A DNA stretch of 60,011 bases from a virus (Duplodnaviria; Caudoviricetes): positions 1 through 60,011 of the IMG/VR virus record IMGVR_UViG_3300027806_000047; one strand, 5' to 3'. Under the pieces are notes generated by a model. The model was not told the origin of the DNA. It did not search any database and saw only the letters and a list, made by a program, of their open reading frames with translations. Positions 37,167 through 46,282 of the stretch are shown one piece after another. Numbering within the stretch: position 1 is the first letter of the stretch; the number at the start of each line of letters is the position of its first letter. Both the position numbers and the translations under genes were made by a program.

Positions 37167-37421
37167 CTATCCCAGCCGGGTCCAAGGACCCGGCTTCGGT
37201 TTCTCGTCCGACAAGTACCCCACCCAGATCCCCCGATCCGGGTCCGAGAAGATCGTATCTTTCGGGGGCCGATTGACCAGCGGGTTCCAGCCCCGGTAGT
37301 CGACAGCATACGGGTTGAGCTTCGGCGCGGGCGGCGCAGGCGCAGCCGGCGTCGGGGCGGGCGGCGTCGGGGCGGGCATTCCCCCGGCCGGGCGCGGTCG
37401 TCGACTTCCAAAGCATCCCAT
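37167..37421 (-). CDS. 84-aa Pro-rich protein starting MGCFG
   Basis: ATG 2 nt after the previous stop, fills the operon gap. Confidence 0.55.
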   Translation of the reverse strand: MGCFGSRRPRPAGGMPAPTPPAPTPAAPAPPAPKLNPYAVDYRGWNPLVNRPPKDTIFSDPDRGIWVGYLSDEKPKPGPWTRLG

Positions 37422-37423
37422 GG

Positions 37424-37762
37424 TCAGAAATCGTAAGAGAACAGCGGCTTCCTGGGCGGGACGGGCAAGAGCATCGGTGCCTTCCACGATTTCCCAACCG
37501 GCTCGGCGCTCGAAGGACTTCGGAAGCCCTGGTTGAAGGCGCCGATGAACGGAGACGCCATACCCTTCAACGATTTTGCTCCGGCCCCTAGAAGCTGGAA
37601 AGGAGCTTTCACGACGTTGTTGATGGCGTCCTGGGCGGTGAGCGCGGGGCCAGACAAGGCCGTGGGTTCCGCCAACTGGGAGAAACGCTCCCGGTCACGT
37701 ATCCGACGGGCGAGGTCCATGCTCCCGCCAAAGCTCTGAAATCCGCTGCTCCAGTCGTCCAT
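37424..37762 (-). CDS. small putative virion protein starting MDDWSSGFQSF
   Basis: SD AAGGAG. N-terminus shared with 35205-36386. Confidence 0.6.
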   Translation of the reverse strand: MDDWSSGFQSFGGSMDLARRIRDRERFSQLAEPTALSGPALTAQDAINNVVKAPFQLLGAGAKSLKGMASPFIGAFNQGFRSPSSAEPVGKSWKAPMLLPVPPRKPLFSYDF

Positions 37763-37814
37763 AAAGTACTCCTTGTTGGGACCCTATGTTGAGGGAGCCG
37801 GAATCGTCCAGACC

Positions 37815-38243
37815 TTAGTCCCAGCAGTACTCGCGATGCTTCTCGGACATCGCGTTCATGTGGGCCGGTCCCCCGCAGAGGTAGGCGACCTGGAAGAAGA
37901 AGTTCTGGTAGCCGCTCTTGATCACCTCGGCGGCCATCTGGTCCTTGATGTCGCTCCGCTTCCTCCAGGCCTCGCTGTCGATCCACTCCATCACGCCCGT
38001 GCGGAAGGTGCCCAACAGCACGTCCCGGTTCGCCTGGAAGAATGGGTTGGCCGAGACGGCCTCGGTGAAGACCACCAGGGTGAGTCCGACCGTGCGGGCG
38101 TCCACCTCCTGATCTCGATCCACCAGGTCATCGATGACGTGGAGGAACTGGTACACCGCCCAGCAGGCGTGAAAGGCGTTCTGGTCTCCACAGCACACCT
38201 CGGTAAAGATCGTGTCGATCTTCTGCTTGTGATCGGGACTCAT
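37815..38243 (-). CDS. isoprenoid-synthase-like (DDxxD) helical protein
   Basis: FLHVIDDLVDRD resembles the first Asp-rich motif of trans-prenyltransferases. All-helical, 142 aa. Confidence 0.55.
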   Translation of the reverse strand: MSPDHKQKIDTIFTEVCCGDQNAFHACWAVYQFLHVIDDLVDRDQEVDARTVGLTLVVFTEAVSANPFFQANRDVLLGTFRTGVMEWIDSEAWRKRSDIKDQMAAEVIKSGYQNFFFQVAYLCGGPAHMNAMSEKHREYCWD

Positions 38244-38443
38244 CCTACGCTTTTACCGTCGAGCTGGGTCTGAAGCTCCCGGACACACTCGGCCAGGTTG
38301 CGGATCGTCTGTTCCACCTCTCGGGTGTACGCAGCCATCGCAGTTTTCTCATCCTCGGACAAGCGAGAGATGGGCGGCCACCGGACTGCGGGCGCTACGA
38401 TGGAGTTTCCGACCTTCTTGATGAGCTTGATCGTGGTGGGCAT
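38240..38443 (-). CDS. small coiled-coil protein
   Basis: Coupled at both ends, YTREVEQTIRNLAECVRELQ. Confidence 0.65.
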   Translation of the reverse strand: MPTTIKLIKKVGNSIVAPAVRWPPISRLSEDEKTAMAAYTREVEQTIRNLAECVRELQTQLDGKSVG

Positions 38444-40587
38444 CAGTAGGCTCCTCCCTTGCGGGCGGTGATGTGGTAGCCGGAAACGCCCCAGTTGGCT
38501 CCGACGCTCTCCGAAGAGAACCGCACTCGAATGTACCGACCGCTGACGGTGGCGTTGACCTTGGTGGGCTCCGACCCGGCCGACGAGACGAGCAGGTTCT
38601 GGGGCACCGACCAACGGATGGGGCTGTTGAGGTTGTCCCTCGCGCCGATGGTCACTTGGAGAGTGGCGTCGCTCGGGACATTCTCCTTGCCGTTCAGGAC
38701 GATGTACACGGTGTCCACGTACTTCCAGATGGTGGGGTCACCGAAATCGAAGTCCGGCGTCTCGGCGGAGCTGGGAATCGGGTCCGGGTTGCAGTCGTCC
38801 CGGGAGGAGCGCGACCAGACCCGGCCGTGGACCAAGAGGCGGGGCACTGTCTTGTCCGGATCCTCCCCTCGGACCACGCTGCCGGCATCCCCGCCGATGG
38901 CCACCAGCGTGTATTCGCGCTCGGCGACGTCCACGTACTCGTACCACCGCTTGGCAATCCCGTTGCACTTTTCCGACGGGTCGAGCGAACTCCAAGTCGG
39001 CGCCAACTCCCAGTCGACGCGACCCAGGGCCGTTATGCCGTTGAGGTCGTCGGGGTATCGGTCGATGACCACCGAGTCCTCGGCGTAGTTCCAGATGTAG
39101 ACCTTGGTGACACCACTTGGTGTCGGGTAGGTGAACCACACTTCGCTGTCGCGCCGATTATGGTGGGCGACGATCTCGTCGGCTCGGGCCCAGTCCACCT
39201 CGTCTCGGAACTTCTCCCAGTGCTGCTGGGCGATCGCCCGGAGATTCTGCCCGCCTCCGTAGAGGTACATCCCTTTGTTACCGATAAAGGCGATCTCGCG
39301 GTCGCCTGCGCGGCACCAGGAATAACGGCCGATCGGCCCCTCGTCGATGATCTCGGGCCGGATGAAAAACGTCCCGGCCGCCTGCCCGACGCTTTGGATC
39401 GACTGGATGGACCGCTTCTTCAGGATGTAGGCGAACTCCGCCAACGTGACGACAGCGAAGATCTCGCCGTTGATCGCCGCGCCGACGTTGAGCACCTCGC
39501 CCGACTCGTTGGCGTTGACGGTCTCCACGGCGGACCCAGAGGGGATCTTTGCGCCGACGGCAGTGCCCCCGGTAAACCCGAGAGGAGTCAGCACCAGAGA
39601 AGACACGACGGTCACCTCGGCCTCCGGTGGGATGATCACGCTGCTGGTGCCGGTGTTTTCGACCTCGACCCAGTTCTGGAAGGACACCCGTGACCCGACC
39701 GAAAATACCTGGCCGGTGATTCGGTCGCCGATGCCGAGGCGCTCCACGGTGACCGAAAACGAAGGGGCCTGCTTGACCCGGTACAGGTCCTGGCCGGGGT
39801 TTTCGGTCGGGCCAATGGACAGGACGTCACCCGCAAACATCTCCGTGGGAACAGAGCCAAAGGGCAAGACGAGGGTGGCTCCGATTTCCGGGATCGGCGG
39901 GCTCGCCGCGGAGGTCTGGTAGGCGTAGTTCGCATTCCGGCTCCGGGCGGTGACTTTCAGGGCCGTCACCGCGCCGTTGACCTTGAGGCGGGCCCCCGTG
40001 GTCCAGTTGACGTAGGTATCGTAGCGCCCCAGGTAGATGCGCTTGGTCTGGCCCGCCTCGACGGACTGGGACCGTTTGATGGCGTTGGTGCGCTGCACCG
40101 ACTCCAGGGCCACGTCGGACACGCGGAAGTAGTCGTAGGCGATCTTCTTGAGGTCGCTCTCGTAGCTGACGATGCGGGCGAACTGGCCGGTCACGAACTC
40201 ACCCGCCAAGCCCGTGACGTAGGCGTGGGCCGTGGTGGACCCAGCCGGGGTCATCGTGAAGTCCGACTCAAGGCTTGCCGTCCCGAAGGCCGCCGTGACT
40301 CCGACGGGGATCCAATTGGAAAAATCCCCGCGCCCGCTCCACTTCAGCAGAGCCCCGCGCCAGAGCATGACGTGGTCGTCGAACACCTCGACGCCGTCGT
40401 AGCCGTTGGCGTCGGGAAGCCCTGGGATCGGACGGGCCTGCCCAGTGCCCGGCCAGAAGAGCGGCTGGACCGACGGCGTGGCGAACAGGACGCGGTCGAT
40501 GTAGTCGGCCGCGTACCAACGTGCGGTGCGGGCGGTCGAAGCCCCCGAGTAGATCGAGTCGAGAATGCCAGAAAACTGCAACGCCAT
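38443..40587 (-). CDS. tail nozzle/stabilisation protein (P22 gp10 or T7 gp12-like), C-terminal part
   Basis: LKWSGRGDFSNW, AFIGNKGMYLY, EVWFTYP..IWNY, SGRYIRVRF. Propeller-like pattern and position. Confidence 0.75.
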   Translation of the reverse strand: MALQFSGILDSIYSGASTARTARWYAADYIDRVLFATPSVQPLFWPGTGQARPIPGLPDANGYDGVEVFDDHVMLWRGALLKWSGRGDFSNWIPVGVTAAFGTASLESDFTMTPAGSTTAHAYVTGLAGEFVTGQFARIVSYESDLKKIAYDYFRVSDVALESVQRTNAIKRSQSVEAGQTKRIYLGRYDTYVNWTTGARLKVNGAVTALKVTARSRNANYAYQTSAASPPIPEIGATLVLPFGSVPTEMFAGDVLSIGPTENPGQDLYRVKQAPSFSVTVERLGIGDRITGQVFSVGSRVSFQNWVEVENTGTSSVIIPPEAEVTVVSSLVLTPLGFTGGTAVGAKIPSGSAVETVNANESGEVLNVGAAINGEIFAVVTLAEFAYILKKRSIQSIQSVGQAAGTFFIRPEIIDEGPIGRYSWCRAGDREIAFIGNKGMYLYGGGQNLRAIAQQHWEKFRDEVDWARADEIVAHHNRRDSEVWFTYPTPSGVTKVYIWNYAEDSVVIDRYPDDLNGITALGRVDWELAPTWSSLDPSEKCNGIAKRWYEYVDVAEREYTLVAIGGDAGSVVRGEDPDKTVPRLLVHGRVWSRSSRDDCNPDPIPSSAETPDFDFGDPTIWKYVDTVYIVLNGKENVPSDATLQVTIGARDNLNSPIRWSVPQNLLVSSAGSEPTKVNATVSGRYIRVRFSSESVGANWGVSGYHITARKGGAY

Positions 40588-40625
40588 GTGGTCCTCCTAT
40601 TGGATCGACGCTATCGGGGCCGCAG

Positions 40626-41381
40626 TCACCCGGCAAGGATTGCCCTGTTGAACAGGTCCGGATCCATTCGTTGGAGCCGGCGCCGTACCCGTCCGACGCA
40701 TTCCTCGCTGTGCTTACAGTGCATGAGGTGGCAGTAGCCCAAAGCCTCCGCCTCGAGCGGGTTGGTGTGGTTGAAGAGCGTGGTGACCCTCTTGCCACAG
40801 TCGCGGGCGTGGCGGGCGAGCCACGCCTGCTCGTAGACAGTCATCGCGACAGGGTCGAAAGCCTCCACCTCGCGGATCGCCTCCAAGCCCTTGGTCGCGT
40901 AGTCGCACAGGAACTCCACATCGTGACCTCCGATGATCCCGACGTTGTAGCAGTCCCAGGCGTGGTCCGGAGTCGTCAGCCGAGCCCGGTGCTGCGACGG
41001 AGTGACGTCCAGGCTCCAGTCGTAGAGGGGCCGGGGCTCGAAACTCTGCGCGAACACCGGGGCCGCAACGACGTGCTCCGGAAGAGCCTTGAAGAGAAAG
41101 ACGTCCTGGTCGATGTGGATGAAAGGCTCCTGCTGGATCGAGTATGCCTTCATCTTGCCCGCCGCCCACGCCTTTGGCGTCACGTCGAAGCCCTCCAGGT
41201 CGGTACGTACCGACGTGAAGGGAAGCTGCATCCGCTCGAAGAGCCGCGCCCCCTGATCGTCGGTGACCATCTCGATCTGATCGTAATGCTGCCGGGCCAG
41301 AAGCACCGACACGGCCAAGATGACCCGATGGTCGACCGACATGAACCTCGGGGCCGACCAGTGGCTGTAGACGACTCTCAT
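40626..41381 (-). CDS. DUF6734-like putative glycosyltransferase
   Basis: VYSHWS...VTDDQG...WAAGKMKAYSIQQEPFIHIDQDVFL...YNVGIIGG...EQ. TGATG-coupled. Confidence 0.7.
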   Translation of the reverse strand: MRVVYSHWSAPRFMSVDHRVILAVSVLLARQHYDQIEMVTDDQGARLFERMQLPFTSVRTDLEGFDVTPKAWAAGKMKAYSIQQEPFIHIDQDVFLFKALPEHVVAAPVFAQSFEPRPLYDWSLDVTPSQHRARLTTPDHAWDCYNVGIIGGHDVEFLCDYATKGLEAIREVEAFDPVAMTVYEQAWLARHARDCGKRVTTLFNHTNPLEAEALGYCHLMHCKHSEECVGRVRRRLQRMDPDLFNRAILAG

Positions 41382-43576
41382 CAGATCAGGGATGTCCCGA
41401 CCCCGGAGCCCGACGAGCACAGCCCGATGCAGACGTTGCTGCGGAGCGCGACGAAGGTGGGCAGCAGGTTGTCCGCACCGACCACCGGGTAGAGAACGCT
41501 CGGGCAGTTGGGCCAGGAGTAGATGATCGACCGCATCACCTCGGGGTCGAACGGCAGCCCTGGGAAATGGCTGGCCAAAAGCTGTTCCAGGTCGAGCACC
41601 ACGACAACCACGGTCGTGCCGGCGAGCTTGGCCGCCGTGAAGGACTCGCTGGTCTTGTTCGCGATGCAGGTAAGTTGACTCGGCGCTGTCGGGCACTGTG
41701 AAAAATCACGGACGTACCCAAACTTCTGGTATGCGAGACCGTCCGTAAAGACGACCATCAACCTCGGCTTACCAGGAATTGAGCCCGCTTCCAACGCCTC
41801 TTGAGCTATATCGACTCCATCAGCTATGTGCGTCAAACCGAAGGGCTGTAGAGCTTCGACAATAGTGCGCGGATACGTCAGGTCACTCGTCAGCGGGTGG
41901 TGCAACAACGCTCCGCTCGAGAACGACACCGTCAGCACCCGATCGGTGCTCTTGCAGGTGTCCAGAAACAGGTTCACGGCCTGCTTGAGGCGAGTCATCC
42001 GCGGACCGTTGGGCGGGTTGGTGTATGCCATTGATCCCGAGGTATCGAGCACCAGGGCGATCTCATGGCCAAGGTCGTTGCAGTCCACCAGCACGGTCAC
42101 CAGGGCTGATGCCGTCATGCCCTGATACGTCGCTTGGATGGTTGCTGTACCCGGGCTGTGGCCCCGCACGACGCCCTGTTGCGTAGTCGTGGCGACTGCC
42201 GTGTCCAGGCTCGTCCAAGTGCTGGAGTTGGTGACATCCAGCTTGGCGCCGTCGAGGAACGTCGCAAGCGCCTGGAATGGGAAGTCGACTCCTTTCGGCA
42301 ACGTCACGCTGGCCGGACGTACTTCTAAGGACATCGCCTGCCGTTGCACCGTGGTGTAGCAGACCGACAACGGCCTCTCAGTAGTCCGCGTGACGGTGTC
42401 GATCTCGACCCCGGCCTTGGTGAAAGCCTTCGCCACCAGGACCGTCGACGAGACGTCGAACCGGACGGCCCCGTAGTCGGAATTGTATCGAACCTGGGAC
42501 CCCGTGACCGGCGTCGGGACGAAGTTCCTCAAGTCCTTGCCGCCCCAGCCCGTGATGATGTGCAGCACTCCGTCGGTGCGGTGGATCCGCTCGTACAGGT
42601 GCGAGTGCCCGGTGATCAGCACGTCGGCTCCCCACTCGCCGAGAGGCCAGTTCATAACCGAGTATCCCGGGTAGTAGTCCACCCCGCTGGTCTGGGGCGG
42701 GTGGTGCCAGACGACGACGCGCCACGGGCAGTCCGAAGCCGCGAGCTGGGCTTGGAGCCACAGGGCCTGCGGGCCTGTCGAGGACAGGTCGGCGTTACCG
42801 ACGCCCGGATCCGCGCCCGTGCCCAACACCGCACTGCCCCCCGGTCCGGCGGCGCTCGGCCCGTAGCCGTAGGAGTCGACGAAGAAGAACTGCACCGGGC
42901 CCCTCTTGACGGTGTAGTACCGCTCGTTGCCTGGCAGGGCAAAGAAACTCAGGAACTCGGCCAGCGGGCCGTCGGTGTAGTCGTGGTTCCCGAGGGCCGG
43001 GAAGAACCTGTTGTCGGCGGGGCCTTTGCCATACGGGCCGTCGTAGCCGCCGAGTGCCCACCAGTAGTGCTTGGCCACTTGGGTGTCGTAGCGGCTGTCC
43101 AACTCGGTGGTGCCTCCGTCCGGGTACACCAGGTCGCCAGCGTGGACGACGATCTCCGGATCCCACCCTTGGACCAGCTTGGCTACCCCGGCCGTGTTCG
43201 GCCCGACGGTACCGCTGTCGGCCACGGCGGCGAAGCGGACCGAACAGTCCGCCGGGCAGACCAAGGCGCGGGCTCGCTTCTTCATCGTCCAGAGCTGGCC
43301 GTCGGTGCCTACGATGGGCAGGCGCTCGACCTCCACGTCGGACGACGTGAGGTTGGGCTGGTGGATCAGGTTGGCCTCGCCGTCGAGCTGGTTCTTGGGC
43401 AGGTGGACCCGCTCGTAGCCCGGAGCCGCCTGCAGCTCGCCCTTCTCGGCGCGGACGTTCTCGGCGACCGTCAGGAACTGCGATTTTCCATCGTCCTCGA
43501 GGTCGGTAGGAAGTCGAGTGATCAGGCCCTTGCTCGGGCCGTCGACACGGAGTTGGGTGCCGTTGGATCTACGCAT
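41381..43576 (-). CDS. fusion: nozzle-N-like segment, metallophosphoesterase, Ig-like (Big_2), vWA
   Basis: DSG, GDLVY, GNHD, HHP, GHSH. DVTNSSTWTSLDTAVA..G...G.ATIQATY. LDTSGSM...T...VFTDG. Confidence 0.85.
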   Translation of the reverse strand: MRRSNGTQLRVDGPSKGLITRLPTDLEDDGKSQFLTVAENVRAEKGELQAAPGYERVHLPKNQLDGEANLIHQPNLTSSDVEVERLPIVGTDGQLWTMKKRARALVCPADCSVRFAAVADSGTVGPNTAGVAKLVQGWDPEIVVHAGDLVYPDGGTTELDSRYDTQVAKHYWWALGGYDGPYGKGPADNRFFPALGNHDYTDGPLAEFLSFFALPGNERYYTVKRGPVQFFFVDSYGYGPSAAGPGGSAVLGTGADPGVGNADLSSTGPQALWLQAQLAASDCPWRVVVWHHPPQTSGVDYYPGYSVMNWPLGEWGADVLITGHSHLYERIHRTDGVLHIITGWGGKDLRNFVPTPVTGSQVRYNSDYGAVRFDVSSTVLVAKAFTKAGVEIDTVTRTTERPLSVCYTTVQRQAMSLEVRPASVTLPKGVDFPFQALATFLDGAKLDVTNSSTWTSLDTAVATTTQQGVVRGHSPGTATIQATYQGMTASALVTVLVDCNDLGHEIALVLDTSGSMAYTNPPNGPRMTRLKQAVNLFLDTCKSTDRVLTVSFSSGALLHHPLTSDLTYPRTIVEALQPFGLTHIADGVDIAQEALEAGSIPGKPRLMVVFTDGLAYQKFGYVRDFSQCPTAPSQLTCIANKTSESFTAAKLAGTTVVVVVLDLEQLLASHFPGLPFDPEVMRSIIYSWPNCPSVLYPVVGADNLLPTFVALRSNVCIGLCSSGSGVGTSLI

Positions 43577-44387
43577 ACCATTCCAGGAGTACCATGCCGG
43601 GAGTGCCCAGCGCATTGACGGCCCCGCCAAAGCCAAACGGTCGGTACGGGGGTCGCTTGAAGTTGTAGATGTTCCGCTTGTCGAGGTACACGCCAGAGCC
43701 TCCAAGGATGTTGTTGGTGTACCCTTCGGAAGTCACGTAGCGCACGTAGTCCATCGTGCTGAAGGCGCTCGGTGCGTCCGGCTGTCCGACGAGCACCCGA
43801 TACTGCTCCCCTGGCACGACGGAAAAGGAGATCCAGGAAACTCGGGCGTTTTCCCCTGCGGCCGAGGCCGATCCCTTTAGCCCTCCGCCGACGCATACCA
43901 CCTGGATGCGCGTGACGTTCTTTGGCGCGAAGAATCGGTACTCCCGGACCAGCGGGAGGATGAAGGAATCAGCCTTCAGCAGCTTGCCGACGGGCCACTG
44001 TGAATTGTTCGCCGCGGGGTCTCGGATGAGCCCCGTCTCCGATTCTTGAATCGACCCGTCGCTGGCGTAGACCGCCCGGAAGATCCGAGGGGCGTAGATC
44101 TTGGCGTCCTTGCCGCCCTTCACGACGAACCCCCTCGCGTCCACGGTGACCTCGCGGTAGAAGTCCGGCGCACTGTCCGGCTTGTCCGGGTGCTCCACCA
44201 GCGCCGCCTGGGGGACGACGCTGTCCTTGAAGTCCCCCGACTCGAGGTCCATCACCGCGCCGAGGAAACTCTTCAGCCGGGAGCGGATGAAGCGGATCTC
44301 GGTTGCCAAGTTAGGCTTCGAGGGGTGCCTGACGAAGTCCGCCTCCGTCGGCTTCGATGCGTTGAAATCTGCGCCGAGGTTCGCCAT
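43569..44387 (-). CDS. short tail fibre-like protein (Gly-rich domain)
   Basis: YREVTVDARGFV, F.AP..VTRIQVVCVGGG, G.VLLEW. Confidence 0.65.
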   Translation of the reverse strand: MANLGADFNASKPTEADFVRHPSKPNLATEIRFIRSRLKSFLGAVMDLESGDFKDSVVPQAALVEHPDKPDSAPDFYREVTVDARGFVVKGGKDAKIYAPRIFRAVYASDGSIQESETGLIRDPAANNSQWPVGKLLKADSFILPLVREYRFFAPKNVTRIQVVCVGGGLKGSASAAGENARVSWISFSVVPGEQYRVLVGQPDAPSAFSTMDYVRYVTSEGYTNNILGGSGVYLDKRNIYNFKRPPYRPFGFGGAVNALGTPGMVLLEWYA

Positions 44388-44388
44388 A

Positions 44389-45318
44389 TCACAGGACCCA
44401 TTCGAGGATCACGACACCATCCCCTCCCGGCCCGTTGCGGCCGCCGTCGCCAGCCGCCAACGCCGCCGCACCAGAGAGTCCGGCCAGGTTTTCTCCGCCT
44501 GCAGTGCCCGAAGACCGTAGGATCAGCAGGGTGTTTTCCGTCCCCTCGCCAGCGATCGTCGCACCTCCGCCAGAAGACACGCCGGCCAGTCCCGCCCCCG
44601 CGTCGGCAAATACGGCGGGACTCAGTAGGACCCGGCTCGGGCACCCGTCACCGTTGTCGGAAGAGCTGTTAGAGATAGGGCTGCCTGCTCCGACGATGAT
44701 CGTGAGGGCCTGGTCGCCGGATCCATCGAGAGGGAAGCTCGCCTGCACCATCTCGCCGCCGCCACCTCCGTGCCATCCGGACCCGTGCGTGTACGAGCCT
44801 CCCCCGCCTCCGACGATCGTCGCCTTGACTCTCCGGACACCCTTCGGCGGCTTGAAGGAGAACTCCGAGTAATTGCCCGTGAGGGCGTAGGCTTCGGGAG
44901 AGAACGGAGCACCGGATCCAGTGTACCCGCCGCTGCTCAGGTAGATCGAGTCGAACGACGTGCCGGTGCCCTCCTGGACTCCGGTCTCGGTGTCGATCGA
45001 GTAGCCGCCCCCGTAGTAGAACGCCGCCACGTAGTACTTGGCGGCCTGCTGCTCGCCCTCGTTGGCCCCCTCGGTGACCAGACCCTTGGAGTTGACCTTC
45101 ACCTTGTTGTAGGTGCCGGCGACGAGGCCCGGCATGTCTTGCAGCGAGGCGTGGCGCACCACGCGGTCGCGGAGGGCGCCGGTCTCGAGATTGAACAGCG
45201 TCATGGCGAACCGCTGGACGCGAGCCTTGAGGTCGCGGATCCAGCTCGCGCCGAACTTCACACTATCCGTGTCCTCCGGTTGGAGGGGGTCGAAATCGTC
45301 TCCCAGGTATCCTGCCAT
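44389..45318 (-). CDS. short tail fibre-like protein (Gly-rich domain), paralog of neighbour
   Basis: AGTYNKVKVNSKGLVT, F.PPKGVRRVKATIVGGGG, GGDGVVILEW. Confidence 0.7.
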   Translation of the reverse strand: MAGYLGDDFDPLQPEDTDSVKFGASWIRDLKARVQRFAMTLFNLETGALRDRVVRHASLQDMPGLVAGTYNKVKVNSKGLVTEGANEGEQQAAKYYVAAFYYGGGYSIDTETGVQEGTGTSFDSIYLSSGGYTGSGAPFSPEAYALTGNYSEFSFKPPKGVRRVKATIVGGGGGSYTHGSGWHGGGGGEMVQASFPLDGSGDQALTIIVGAGSPISNSSSDNGDGCPSRVLLSPAVFADAGAGLAGVSSGGGATIAGEGTENTLLILRSSGTAGGENLAGLSGAAALAAGDGGRNGPGGDGVVILEWVL

Positions 45319-45323
45319 AAATC

Positions 45324-45998
45324 TCAGCCTCCCATGCGGAGCGCACGTCCGCGGTTCTGTCGGCGGTTGTCCGTGAGCACGGCCTCCGACATCTGCGCGG
45401 CGGCCAGGTTCTCAAAGGAGGCCGCCAGCGGGTCGTTGAGGGCCGCAAAAGCGGTCGCCTTCACCTTGCTCTCCACCAGGTCCGGATAGTCCTGGAGGAG
45501 GAAGTTGGTGTCGCTGTCGTTCACCAGGTCCGCCGAGAACCTGAAGTGCGACACCTTGAAGTTGATGTCCTCGTCGGCGATGCCCGCAATGTTGATGGCC
45601 CACCCCGACGACGTGTTTTCGAGGAAGACGGGGAGTCCCGACAGGCGGCCCCGGACGTTGGGCGGGATCGTGGGCACGTTCGCCGCGGCCCGATAGTTGA
45701 TCAGGCTCTCCCGACTGGTGACCTCGCAGGGAAGCTCCGAGTGGGTCGCCGGCAGCGACGGATCCACGACGGTCACGGGCGACAGCTCCGGAGTCAGCTC
45801 CTTGAACTGGCTCCCCAGCAGCGCCGAGGACTGCCCGGCGACGATCGTGATCGGCGACCGCGCCTTCATGGCCGAGAAGTTAGAGGACATCTGGATGCGG
45901 CGGATCGCCCGGTTGATCCAGATGGGATACCAGACGGTCTCCTTGTCGGCCCGGTTCACGTCCTGGGCCAGCATCAGCTTGAGGTCACCGAAGGTCAT
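45324..45998 (-). CDS. head-tail adaptor (tail tubular protein A-like)
   Basis: MTFGDLK...WINRAIRRI...L.NDSDTNFLLQDYPDL. Follows the capsid genes. Confidence 0.75.
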   Translation of the reverse strand: MTFGDLKLMLAQDVNRADKETVWYPIWINRAIRRIQMSSNFSAMKARSPITIVAGQSSALLGSQFKELTPELSPVTVVDPSLPATHSELPCEVTSRESLINYRAAANVPTIPPNVRGRLSGLPVFLENTSSGWAINIAGIADEDINFKVSHFRFSADLVNDSDTNFLLQDYPDLVESKVKATAFAALNDPLAASFENLAAAQMSEAVLTDNRRQNRGRALRMGG

Positions 45999-46045
45999 GG
46001 CGTCGTCCTCCCATGCCGGCAATGTACAGAGGAGGGCTTGACTCT

Positions 46046-46083
46046 AAAGAAAAAACCCGTGCCAGCGTGAGCCAGCACGGGTT
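46046..46083 (-). terminator. intrinsic terminator after the capsid cluster
   Basis: AACCCGTGCTGGC-TCAC-GCTGGCACGGGTT plus TTTTCTTT. Confidence 0.85.
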
Positions 46084-46102
46084 GAACCGTCCTCCTCGGC
46101 GT

Positions 46103-46255
46103 TTACTTGCCGATGGCCTTCGAGTTGGTCTTCGGCGTGTTGACCTTCTCGATCTGCTCGACGGACTTCTTGTTAGGAAGGCCGCCGTGCATCGAGACGT
46201 ACTCGGTCACGCTGTTGACACCCGACTTCTGATCGTACTTGGCAGTCTTGGCCAT
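46103..46255 (-). CDS. 50-aa basic protein (not in ORF track)
   Basis: SD AAGGAG, MAKTAKYDQKSGVNSVTEYVSMHGGLPNKK...AIGK. Confidence 0.65.
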   Translation of the reverse strand: MAKTAKYDQKSGVNSVTEYVSMHGGLPNKKSVEQIEKVNTPKTNSKAIGK

Positions 46256-46282
46256 GTTATCTCCTTGGGGTTGGGGTTGGGG

